The notes under the pieces: generated by a model | What the model saw: the letters and a program-made list of their open reading frames with translations, nothing else | Database searches by the model: none | Told to the model about the DNA's origin: nothing | Translations under genes and position numbers: made by a program | Source of the DNA: Octopus sinensis | Taxonomy: Eukaryota | Length of the DNA: 64,000 bases | NCBI RefSeq assembly: GCF_006345805.1 | Contig: NC_042997.1 | Location: 88,288,001-88,352,000 of the forward strand | Reading direction: 5' to 3' | Shown here: positions 11,701 to 25,440 of the stretch, one piece after another | How the letters are laid out: every line of letters starts with the position of its first letter | How positions within the stretch are numbered: the stretch's first letter is position 1

Positions 11701-14700
11701 AATCATAAGAACAATTTCTACATAGAAGCTTCTGCATTTATCTTTTATTTCTAAAGTTTTGTTTTTTTTTTAATTTCCAGAAGTAGCTTGTAATTGTACT
11801 GTCATGGTGACTCAAAGACAAGGTTTTGAGGTTGATTTCCTGTTAATTTTTCCTTGTAAGCATGGAATCCAAGGTTTCCGAGGGGAAAGAACTGGAAGTT
11901 GTGGCTTCCATGCATTTTAAAGAAAGTTAACAATGTAAGTTAAGTGAAATAGTTGCAGCTTGGAATTGAAACTAAGAGCTTACTTCCTTCTCTACTGCAA
12001 ACATACATCTGTATGTTTGCCACATGAAATAAACATTATACATAGCTACATTTTTGTTCTAGATTTTTATTTTGACATAGTACAATTTTAAGTACAAGTT
12101 TATAGTTGATTGATTCAACTCCTGTAATATGCAGATGCATATTTTTGCAACAGCCTTCTCTTAATAGCAGGTGTCATAGTCCAGTAAGTGTCCAGAAAGT
12201 TGACTCTATGATATAATTTTGAGTGCTAGTTCAAAATATCATGTTGAGTAAAAAGTAAGCAATGTTTTAAACTATGAAGAATTTGTACCCTTTTGCAGAG
12301 TTTTGAATCACTTTAAAATTCTATTTTTGAAATTGTCTGATAATACAGACATAGACTTGCCCAAATGCATCAATAAATTAACATAGATATTTTTTCACCG
12401 TTGCTACTATCATCTGAAAGGGAACTGTCAAAGCACAATATTCAAGCAATTTTGCTATTCAACTTCAAAAAAGGACGTAAAGCAGCTGAAACTGCTCGCA
12501 ATATCAACGAAATTTTTGGTGAGGAAATGACCAGTGAGTGGTCAGCTCAAAAATGATTTAAACGATTTTGCAGTGGAGACCTGAACTGTGAAGATCATGA
12601 ACATAGTGGATGTCCATCTGTCATTGATGAAGGTCAATTAAAGACCATTATTGAGAAAGATCCACATAAAGCTACTCAAGAACTGGCAAAAGAACTTCAA
12701 TCTAGCCAGAAAACTGCCTTCAACCATTTGCATGCGAGTGGAAAATCAAAAAAGCTCAACAAATGGATACCACATGATTTGAATGAAAATCAAAAAATGC
12801 ACAGATATAAAATTTGCTTGTAGCTTTGTCTCTGTAACTAGACTGATCCATTTGTCAACTGTATTGTAACTTGCAATGAAAAGTGGATTCCATACAATAA
12901 TAAAAAATGTTCTTCACAGTGGTTGGACAAAAATGAAGTTTCCCTAAACCCAAGTTCTTCAAAAGGAAGGTTATGGTGATTGTTTGGTGGTGTACTGCTG
13001 GACTCATCCACTATAACTTAAAACTCAGAAAAACCATTACTGTAGAAACATATCGCCATGAAATTGCCAAAATGGACAAAAAACTGCTACTCCTCCATCC
13101 TAGACTTGTCAACAGAAGAGGACCAATCATTCTTCATGACAATACTCAACTACTTTTCCAGAGTTTGAGGGAACTTGGCTACGAAGTTCTTCCCCACCCA
13201 GCTTATTCCCTAACCTTTCTCCTACTGACTACCACTTTCTCAAGCACCTTGATGGTTTCCTGCGAGAGAAGGAGCTCAAAAATCAGACCGATGCTGGAAG
13301 TGCATTCAAAGAGTTTGTCAGCGCCAGAATTCCAGACCTTTATGTTACTGGAATAAACAAACTTGTAACTCAGCAAAAATGTGATGATTGTAATAGTACT
13401 TACTTTGATGAGTAAAATTTCCGCATTGTTGAAATATATTGTGATAAATTTCATGTTTCAAAACGTTGCTTACTTTTTACTCAGCCTGATATCATATTTT
13501 ACTTTATACAGAGAGAAAGAGAGAGTGTGTGTGTGAGAGAGAGAGAGAAAGAGAGAGAGTGCAAAGTCATGCTTTCTATGTTGTAAGATATTAATAGAAC
13601 TCTTAACTTTTTCATCTTCAACCACCTATGCCAACCAGTATTTTCTAAAATCCAAATACATCATTCAGTGATTTCTTCTCATGTCTGCATTCTATTAGTA
13701 CTTGTCTTGAAATTAATTAGTTTATTAGATTATATTTAAAGTAGGCATAATAACTAAAGTATTCTTTACTTTTATAAATTACTATTAACACAATTTTAAC
13801 GAGTTTAAAACCTTATTGTTGTAAGGATAAATGATAAAGAATTCAAACATAACATAGAGATTGAAAGTAGCTTTAACAGCAGATAGTTTGACATATTGAT
13901 ACCTTATCCCAATATAAATGTTTCTCAATTTATTATTATACAACATTTTGAATGAAAATAATCATTGCCAATATTAATTTAGTCAAGAAATTATCAATAA
14001 TGAAGTAAGACAAAAATTAAAGATGATGAGTATAAACTCATTTAATTAATACTGTAGATGCATTATTTTGATTAAACTAGTACATTAATGTTTATAATAT
14101 TTATATAACCATTTCCTTTGTGCTCCTTTCCTTTGTGTGTATGTAAATATATATTTGATCAATAGCTATGAGTCCAACAAAATATACTTAATTTTGCCCA
14201 AAGGCTTCACCAGAGACTGAATAAAATGGTGTGGTTCAGTTGGTTAAATAGTAAACCAGATAGAAGGATAGATATATAGGTAAAGAACTTATGAATACAG
14301 AAATGGCTCAGTATAATGGTTGGAGAGGTGGAGAATGCATAATTTCAAAGATGATAGAAGAAGGGGAAGTATTTATAGGAACTAATGCATAATTTCAAAG
14401 ATGATAGAAGAAGGGGAAGTATTTATAGGAACTAATGTTGATGTATGAACAATGATTGAGAAGTGGAATACATGTCTGGTTATAAGGAAATATTACTTTT
14501 CTTGGAAACAGATGAGGTTTGGTGACAGGAAAAGCATCCAGCTGAAGAAAACTGGCTTGACAAAAATTGCATCCAACCCATTCATGCATGGAAAAGTGAT
14601 GCAAAAGCAATAAGAAATTGGTTAGTATCAGGAAGATAAGTGGAGTTTTGGTAAAGGAGGTGAGTTATTTGGTGCTAGTGGTTATGGAAGAAAATAGGTT

Positions 14701-16627
14701 GGAGTAGATGTGATGGAGGTGGTAGGGGTAAGGAGTGGAGGTAGATCAACTCTCGCAAAGGGGAAAGGTTGGGGAGATAAGTGCAATCAGAAACATAAGC
14801 ACAGAACAATGTGTATGTGAGGGGTACATGTGCCTCTGTGTGTGCATATATAGCATTTTTTATGTTCAAACAACTTGAATCATGAGACAAACCCAGCTTC
14901 AGTTTCAATAACAAAGAACCATATCCTCTACTATATGTATTGAGCACTCCTCTTTCATTCATAAGCCAATATATGCAGCCAATGACGGCTTTGTTGGCTG
15001 AAACTTTGAAGTTACTGTCAACAATGGCCGATTTCCTTTGAGGCGTTGGGGTTCACAGAGGCAAAATGGCTGATTTCATTTTGAATGTTGGGCCTCACAG
15101 AGGCCAAGTGGTTGAGTTCCTTTCAAGTGTTGGGCCTCACAGAGGCAATGACTGAGACCTTTGGCATTATGTTGTGCTTGAGAAGAAGACCCATCAAGCT
15201 GAGAAAAATCACAGTCATAGCAGATAATGATGTCATGCAAATAGCACATAAAAACACCCATAACACTCTCAGAGTGATCGGCATCCATCCATCAATAGAA
15301 AACCATGCCAAATCAGAGTGGAGTCTGGTGCAGCCTTCCAGTTTACCAGCCCACTGTCCAACCCATGCCAGCATGGACAACGGATGTTAAATGATAATGA
15401 TGATATATATATTATACATAATGTGTGTGTGTAAGAAGCTTGCTTCCTAACCACATGGTTCCGGGTTCAGTCCTACTGTGTGACACCTTGGGGAAGTGTC
15501 TTCTACTATAGCCTCAGGTCAACCAAAGCCTTGTGAGTGGATTTGGGAGACAGAAACTGAAAGAAGCCCATCACGTTTATATATGTATGTATGTATTTGT
15601 GTGTCTGTGTTTGTCCCCTTCCCTACCATCGCTTGACAACTGATGTTGGTGTGTTTACATCCTTGCAACTTAGTGGTTCACAAAAGAGACTGATAGAATA
15701 AGTACTAGTCTTACAAAGAATAAGTTCTAGGGTTGATTTGTTTCACTAAAGATGGTGCTCCAGTATAACCACATTCAAATGACTAACAAATAAAAGAATA
15801 TATATAACAATCTTTATATCCTACTCAATGTACATATATTGTTAGAATACTGAATATTGTGGCATTCATCATGATTACACATATATTGTTAGCAGGCAAG
15901 AGTTTGTCTGGTATGAGCCTTTCATTATACTGCATTTCCTCAGTGACAGGTGCCTGCTCGCCACATACTAGCCAAATACTGTCAATGATATAGAGAATAA
16001 CAGTGGCTTTTCAACTACTGATGTCACAAATAGCCAGAAGGCTTATATAAAATAAATATCAGCAACAGCATTAGTATTAATACTGAATGGCAATCTTTAT
16101 ATCCTACTCTAACAATACATCCACTCTGAGTAGGATATGAAGATTGCCATTTTGTATTAATACTGCTTCCATCACTAATATTTTTTAGTAAGTTTCTTGG
16201 CTGTTTACAGCATCAATAGCTTTTCAGTTATTGTTATTCTGTTTACCATGACAGTGAGATTTGTCTGGTAAGCAGTGAGCATGCACCTGTCACTGAGGAA
16301 GTGCAGTATGCTAAAATCACATGATCTGGATGTTCCCACACCCATATCAGACAATTTTCATCTGCATGAGAGGTTCTGTCAGGACAGATACTAGAGTATT
16401 TAGCATTTTAACAGGATTGCTATTCAGTATTAATACTGCTTCCATTGCTAATATGTGTGCGTAGCATAGCTATGTTGTTACAAAGTATGCTACCCATCTA
16501 CATGATCTCAGGGTCAGTCCTACTGCATCACTTGAGCAAGTAATGTTACTATCACCCAAGGCCTGCCAAAGTCTTGTGAGTACATTTGATAGATAGAAAC
16601 TGAAAGAAGCCTGTTTGTGTGTGTGTA

Positions 16628-16695
<68 letters not shown>

Positions 16696-18271
16696 ATTAA
16701 GAGGAATGACCAGTAAAGTGGACACCCTATATGTGGGTTCATCCAGGATCCATCACTTTTATTTTTATTTGCATGTGTGTATGTGTACATATATTTACAC
16801 ATATGAGTATTTGTACACATCTATTTATAATTATTTATGTATGTTATGTATGTGTAAATTTGTGTGTGTGTATTTTTGCCTGTAAGGATTATATTTCTCC
16901 ATATATGCATGAACAAGTATTTATGTATGTTTGTATGCATGTATATGTGAAAATGTATGGGGGCACTTTTCTCATCTTCATAACCACTATCATCATCATC
17001 ATTTAAAGACCATATTCCATACTGGCACATTTATTTCTATGTATTATCATCATTATCATGATTTAATGTTCTTCCATACTAGCAAAGATTGGACAGTTTG
17101 ACAGGAGCTAGAAAGTCAAAAGATTGCACCAAGCTCTACCTGCTTTGATATGGTTTCTATAGTTGGATGCCCTTCCTAATGCCAACTACTTTCTTTTTGT
17201 TGGCACCAGTATATCAAGACAAGACCCCTCAACAAAGGCTGGGGCATAGGTTTGAGGGAGGTGGCTTTGTGCCAGGTGATGAGAAATTAGAGTATGAATA
17301 GAGGGGCAGAAGTAGGTATGTTACAGTAAAGGAGATACTTGGCTACCTCAATAAGAGAGAGATAAAATAAAGATGTGAAAATCCCCAATTCTAATAAAGT
17401 CATTCTACTGGGAGATTTCAATGCCAGGGTTGGAACAGACTGGCAAACATGGAACCCTCTAGGACGTTTTGATATAGGGAAAATGAAGAGCAGTGGTCTC
17501 ATGCTGCTCGAGCTTTGCAATGAACATGGACTTTACATCACAAGCACTCATTTTATGCACAAAGGTGATCACACAACAACATAGATGCATCACAGGTCTA
17601 AAGTTTGGCACTTGCTGGATTATGTCATCATCTGCAAGTGTGACATCTATGACATTTGTAATGTCAAGTCCTTTTATGGATCAGAATGCTGAACAGACCA
17701 CTGTCTGGTGCAAGCAAAGTTCCAGATGATGATTAGAGTGAAAGAGAGAAGAGAGCCAGTTTGCATTCCTCGGTGTCTGAATGCCCACAAGATATATGAT
17801 GCTGTGTTGAGGAAGGAGTGTCAGACTCACTTGTCCAGCATTAAGAATACTACAGTATGGGATGATTTTCGAGACCAGGTTCTTCAATATGCTGCTGAAA
17901 CACTGGGATATGCTACTGCCAGACACTCAAATTACAGGAAGGTGTATTTTATAAATGGAACAGGGATTGGATAGGGTGAGTGAGTGGGAAGGTTTGTGAG
18001 ATTCAAAAAGAGAGCGGAAGATGGAGTGGGAAATATAGTTAGTAGACACAGGTAGCAGGAGGAGTATAAGAAGGGCATGTTCTGGAGAAGAGATTCAACA
18101 GGGATATATTGCAGGTTTTTGAGGGTGTGAGGGATAATTCAGAGGTGTATTTGTGTGTGTGTTTATACATGTGCATGGGTGTATATGTGTGCATGTTACA
18201 TGAGTGTGTACATGTATCTAGATATATATATTTATATTTTATATCTACGCATGTAAGTGCACATGCATGCA

Positions 18272-18323
<52 letters not shown>

Positions 18324-18873
18324 TGTGTGTGTGTGTGTGTGTATGCATGCATGTATGCATGTGCACCAGGAAGACATGGGACAAAGTGTTGAGAAAGGAT
18401 CTTCAGATGCTAGCCCCCAGTGAGGAAATGACAAGGAATTGGGAGTCATGGCAATTTGCTGTACTTGAGAAGACATATCACGCCAAGTAAAATCAGTCAT
18501 CCATACACACAGACCTGTTCTTTACAGGTGCTGGTTCCACGCAAAATGTACCTATGCCAGTGCTGTGTAAACACACCTAGTACACTGTAATGTGGTTGGT
18601 ATTAGGAAGGGCTTCCAGCTGCAGAAACCATGTTACAAACAGACAATTTGGTGTCTGGACAGTTCCCCGGTTGGCCAGCTCCTGTCAAATCATCCAACCC
18701 ATTCCAGCATGGAAAACAGATGTTAAACGGTGAAGACGATGATGATATATGTATGTATATATATATAAATATATACATACATACACTTATAATGGCAGTG
18801 CTCAGGCATGGCCAAAGCCCACAGACAAGTAGATATCTTAATTTATTCAATCTTATTTTATTTCTCTTTCATG

Positions 18874-18953
<80 letters not shown>

Positions 18954-21900
18954 ATAGATAAGTATATATATTTCTATGTGTATGTATGTATATTGTGTGT
19001 CAGGTCACTTAGGCTCTCGTAAGTTCTATTGGTAACATGGAATCCCGTACAACCTGTTGCATGGTCGGGTTGTTAGCGACTAAACCAGCACGCCTGCCAG
19101 GCTACCTTGATGAGGAGAGTTGCTAGAAACCCAGCAGGATTAAAAACAAGACCTGTTGAAAGGTCGGATGAACCTAATGCAGGCTCAATGGCTATCTAGC
19201 AATAGCACAGGTATGCAAAAATTCCAGGATGGTGCCCAGCATGCTAGAAGACCACTGGGAGTGAGGCACTCCTCAGCTTCTGTTGAAGCATGTTTCTAGA
19301 AGGTCACTCTGATATAAAACTAGATATGCAGGGAATGGCATTTGACATTTTGGGGATATTTGGTTTGTGCTAGAAATCATGGCGCTCCCACATCCCTGAA
19401 CCTGCAACGCATATTGGCACCAGACATCTCACTCTGGCTTGTCTCTGGATAATGTCAATAGAGTGGAGAGAGTCTATGCACTGTCATGCAAGTTTATTTG
19501 ACCTAAAACTCTGCACAGGCATTGCTGACCTCTGCTTGATATGTGCTGCTTCCCCCTCCCCATATATATATTTATTTTATTTTCAGTATATTTGTATCTT
19601 TATTTTTAGTATATATTTATTTATTTTTAGTATGTATTTATTTTATCATTATTCGGAAGTCCTGTGGTGATGGGAAGATGGTGAAGCATGCAAACCTGAC
19701 AGCTTGGAAGCATGTAGTCAGCGAGCTGCACATAGGCGGCCCATACTAGATATAAAGTTGTCTCTTTGTCTACCAGATAGCAATAGGATTTGGTTGCTGT
19801 GTGGGTGTCTGAGCAGCTCCATTTGGTGAGGGGATGAGGGGACTGCTCAACTGGAGGCTAGGGAGGTTCTAGAAAAAGCGGACCAAAAATTGCCTGTCTT
19901 TCTATATATGGTCAGTTTAGTGTGACTGATGGATGTCCACCCTGTGCTCAAAAAGCAAAGAAACTTTTTTTTTACAAAATCTGTATGGAACTCGAACATT
20001 TCAAGTTAATATGTGTGCACTCTGTTGGATAACAGAGTTGACTGTAGGCCTCAAAGACGCACTGCACTTGTTTCTCGCGAGCTGAACCATTATAATATTG
20101 ATATAGCTGCACTTTCAGAGACTAGTATGAAAGGTGATGGTCAGCTTGAGGAAGTAGGTGGTGGATACACCTTTTTTGGAAGGACGAGTGCAGAGGCTGG
20201 TGTTGGCTTTGCAGTTTGATATCCTTAAGAAGTTAGAGGAGTTTCCTGTTCCTATAAATGAGCATCTAATGACTTTACAATTGCACCTGAAAGGTGGGTG
20301 GTTTGCTACTCTAGTAAGAGCCTATGCACCTTCTTTGACTAGTTGTGATAAAGATAAAACTATTTTTCATACCCAGCTGAGAGCTATACTTCAGAAAATC
20401 CCCAATTCTAGTAAAGTCATTCTACTGGGAGATTTCAATGCCAGGGTTGGAACAGACTGGCAAACATGGAACCCTCTAGGACGTTTTGATATAGGGAAAA
20501 TGAAGAGCAGTGGTCTCATGCTGCTCGAGCTTTGCAATGAACATAGATTTAAAATCACAAGCACTCATTTTATGCACAAAGGTGATCACACAACAACATA
20601 GATGCATCACAGGTCTAAAGTTTGGCACTTGCTGGATTATGTCATCATCTGCAAGTGTGACATCTATGACATTTGTAATGTCAAGTCCTTTTATGGATCA
20701 GAATGCTGAACAGACCACTGTCTGGTGCAAGCAAAGTTCCAGATGATGATTAGAGTGAAAGAGAGAAGAGAGCCAGTTTGCATTCCTCGGTGTCTGAATG
20801 CCCACAAGATATATGATACTGTGTTGAGAAAGGAGTGTCAGACTCACTTGTCCAGCATTAAGAATACTACAGTATGGGATGATTTTCGAGACCAGGTTCT
20901 TCAATATGCTGCTGAAACACTGGGATATGCTACTGCCAGACGCACAGACTGGTTTGATGAAAATGATGTTGAAGTTCAGTGACTATTGGTTGTAAAGCAC
21001 CATGTCCACAGTGTACTGCTGCACAGGGGACTTTCAGTTGTGTAGAAAAATCTAGCACTTGCTCACTATAGCAGTGTAAAATCACTACTGCAGCGAACTC
21101 TCAGGAAGATGCAGAACACTTGGTGGGAGGATCTTGCTTGTGATGTTCAGGCTGCTGATGATGTACATGACAGCAAGAAGCTTTACCATCTTATGAAGAA
21201 AGTTTATGGGCCTAAGAGCTCTGTATCAGCTCCTTTTTCCAAAGAGTCTTCTACTCTATTTACTAAATCAACAGAAATCACAGGTCACTGGATTGAACAC
21301 TTCTCTGAACTCCTGAACCATGAGTCAGTTGTGGGTGAAACAGTGATTGATACTATGCAACAAAGACCTATCATTGGCTCCTTAAATTCCATGCCCTCAA
21401 TAGATGAGGTAATGACAGCAATAAGTAAATTGAATCTTAGGGCACCTGGAAAGGGTGGAATTTGTGTTGAGGTCTTGTGATTTGGTGGTGATTACATCAA
21501 ACAATCCCTTCATGAACTTATTGGTGTAGTCTAGAGGGATGGTGCAGTGCCTAAGGACTGGAAGGATGCAATTATTCTTCCTCTCTAAAAAGAAAAAGGA
21601 GCCAGAAAAATATGTGGCAACTATAGAAGTATTGCTCTACTATCAGCTGGTGGCAAGGTTCTGGCAAATATTCTTCTTACCCACCTGAATGAGTGTCTCA
21701 TAAATGATGTCTTATCTGAATCTCAATGTGGCTTTCGATCTGGTAGAGGGACAATGGGTATGATTTTCACAGCAAGACAGATGCAAGAGAAGTGCTATGA
21801 GCAGAATATGGATCTTATCCAGGTATTCATTGATTTAACCAAGGCCTTTGATATTGTGAATAAGGCCTTGCTATAGATGTCCGGATCGCTTTGTATCTAT

Positions 21901-24004
21901 AATGAAATCATTTCATGAGGCTGCAATTTAAGGACTGTATCAAATCCTCATTAAAGGCCTGTGATATGCAGGAGACTGACTGGGAGAGCAATGCCTGTCA
22001 TCACCACAGATGGAGTAAGCAGGCTAAGGAGGGGGGTCAACACCTGTGACAGAGCATGTGTTCTGCATGAAGAATTTAAACATGCTGCTCGAAAGCACAC
22101 TGCTAGTGTAGTGAATGGGGAAAGCTCAGTTTGCAATGTTTGCAGTCATGTATGCTTGTCAAGAGCAGGGCTCATTGGCCACCAACTGAGCCACAAATGC
22201 AAAATATAAGTTAATCCTAGAGCACACAATGTTCCTAAAGGTTAGGAATGGTCTTCCTTGGCCATCATCATATTATGGGATGTCAAAACACAACCATTTT
22301 TAAAGAACCTTAATGCCACAGTATACACAGTGTTTCAAATAGTATTTTACATAAAACTTGCAGTATCGCCCGGCATTGCTCGGATTTGTAATGGAAATAA
22401 CTATATAAGCATTTTTAGATAGTTATAGCCAAAAAATAGCAAAAAATGCATTAAAAATGGAAAAAAAATTATGGTAAATGTTTTTTAAAATCGTTGACAC
22501 ATCGTAGACATTTTTAGAGAGTTACTTCCCTTATATAATAGCAAAAAATGCATTAAAATGCAAAAAAATTATGATGAATTTTTTTTAAATGTAGACTCAT
22601 CGTAGACGCGCGCTAATACCCAGAAGGGCTCGATATGAATCACGACTATAAGATACTTGGTTAAACTGCACCGCAATATGTGGGAGTAGTTAGGAATCTA
22701 AATCGTAGGAGACAGACACACAACTTCACTTTTATATATAAAGATATATGAAAATTAGGGTTATGTGACACCCCCCACCCATACCTCTTGCATACACCCA
22801 CCATAATTAAATACACTAATTTTCTCCAACATGGTAAAATTATAACTTTTCAATATGCGTTAAATGATTTTTTTTTTTAGAAAATTTATACATTTGTTAG
22901 ATGATTTTCTTTTGTTTTTCAGATTATTTCAGAGCTAAATTGTATTATAACTTCACAAAAATACCTATATAAATTTAAACTGTAATAATTTAAGTATATA
23001 AAATTATATAATGGCAACTAGAAGTAAAAGCTATAATTCAGCATTTAGATTACACAAGAAAACATGAAGAACATATATCAAAAGCTACAGTGAAAGAATA
23101 CTACCAGATTGTTGCTGCAGATGTGTAAACAATAAGGGACAAATTTTCTTTTCCTTATATTGGGTTTGAGGGAATAGCTCGAAAAATTGAGAGATTGATT
23201 GAATCTGCTTATAAATTAAACAAAATACCTATAAAGCAAAGAGGAGATAGTTTTGATTAAAAAATTAGAGGAGTTCAATGAAATGTTTGATACATGCACC
23301 TGCATGTGTTATGACAAACAAATAAAAAGATTTGACTGTCATAGCCAATGCCTCTTCCTTGTCATAGCCAAGAAGTCAAGCATGCTATCAATTTAGTGAC
23401 AAAAGCTTTTGAAGTCAGAGTAGGCTATGAAAATAGGCACAAATTCATATTAGATGTACAGAAATCAAGACAAAGGCCACCTCACTTTGACTAGAAAAAT
23501 CAATTGGCCATTTAATTAAATAGTAAATACTATTAATGCTTATTTTATGGTGTTCACTGTTTATGTATTTCATTTGCACTTCGTGCATATTTTTTTTATT
23601 GCATATCATAAATAGTCATTAAGAATTATGTTGAAAGTGCTTTTCTGAATATAGGCATTTTTTATTTTAAAAAAATAATAATACAAACTATATAAATAAA
23701 TAAATAAAGATTCCAATAACTATTTTTTTTCAGGTGGTGGGTGGGGGTTGCATATAATTTATAAAATGTTATATAGGTAATATTTAACCAATACAAAGTT
23801 GATAGCATTAAAACAAGTTTACATTTTCAGTATTTAAAATGCAGAATTAGGGGGTGGTTATGCAAGGGATAGGGGTGGTTGCATACTTTTTAAAATTTGT
23901 TAATTTAGTTCTCACACCAAAATGAACTCCAAGCAATATGTAGAATCAAAATATAAAATGTCAACCCCCACCCCAATGTATATGTACATATGTGTATGTA
24001 TGTA

Positions 24005-24058
<54 letters not shown>

Positions 24059-25390
24059 TATATAGACATCCTCATCAAGAAATTTGAGGAGAGGGAGGAG
24101 GAGCTACAGACATCCGACATAGAAGGTAGCTGGAAATTCCTATGGAACAGCTTGCTGAGTGCCACAGACCAAGTCTGTGGATGGTGCAAAGTTACGTAGT
24201 GGGGGAATAGTACAGTAGAAAAAACCATTATAGCAAAGAAACAGGCCTGGAAAACCTGGAAGGTTGGGGTTAGCAGGGAAATGTACCAGGTAGCCAAAAG
24301 GGAGGCTGGGTGGCAGGTATACATAGCCAAGAGCGAAGCGGAAAAGAAGTTTGCCAATGTCCAACAATGTAAGGACCAAAGAACTGAAGTATTTCGGATT
24401 GCAAGACAGTATGTGAGAGAAATTGTGATGTCACAAGAGAGAAATGTGTTCGCATGGATGATGGTGCACTTGCTTTTAATGATTCTGAAAAGAAAGAGGC
24501 TTAGAGATGCCATTATGAAAGACTGCTGAATGTAGAGAATGAATGGGAGGAGGAGAGCCTGCTAAATGTTGACCCAGTAGAGAGACCAGCTACACGAATA
24601 GACAGCTCCCTAGTAGATAAAGCAATTAAGGGTATGAAGCCAGGAAAAGCCCCTGGCCCATCAAGAATCACTGCTGAGATGCTTAAAGCATCTAGTGATG
24701 TGGGCTATGGCCTAGTCACCTGCATGCCAGTGGCATGTAAAAAGCACCAGCCGATGTTGGCTGTTGCCAGCCTCCTCTGGCCCCTGTGCGATGGCACATA
24801 AAAAGCACTCACTACACACATGGAGTAGTTGATGTTAGGAAGGGCATCCAGCTGTAGAAACACTGCCAGATCAGACCCCAGTCAAACTGTCCAACCCATG
24901 CTAGCAAGGAAAACGGATGTTAAGCGATGATGATGATGAAGATGATATAGATATATATGAAATTGATAGAAGAATAAAGAAAATATAGAGTAAGATGTGT
25001 AAAGAAAAATGAAAGTGAAAACAAGAAGGTAGAAAAAAGACAATTGAAATACGTAAGCAAGTGGAATAGAAGCAAGGTCAATACACAGGGATACACATAC
25101 AAACATAGACAAGTAATGCAGCCACCCACTCTTGTGTGTGTGTCTACGTGAGTATGTAAATCCATTCCACTTGCTCAGGTATTTCTATTGTGTTTCGAGT
25201 GTCTTCCATCTCATTCTGAATTTCAGTTTTTTCTTTTTTTCCCTTTTCTGTATCTTCTGTATTTTTCTTTATACTATTTTATCTCAACTCTCTCTCTCTT
25301 TCTCTCTCACATACACATACTTCCATACACGCATGTGTGAGCATGTACATGGATATACATATGTATGTGTATATAGAGTATGAGTCTGTG

Positions 25391-25440
<50 letters not shown>

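Noticed and set aside
14640-14830. Inverted similarity to ~25600-25720
   Set aside because: Short, highly diverged copies of an old dispersed repeat 11 kb apart; unlikely to pair or mark one element.
19107-19135. Hammerhead-like TTGATGAG...GAAAC in the RTE 5' UTR
   Set aside because: C3 is absent, helix II does not pair and helices I and III are unconvincing.
23905-24513. 202-aa minus-strand ORF, the longest in the track
   Set aside because: Antisense of an RTE fragment running into a (TA)n tract.
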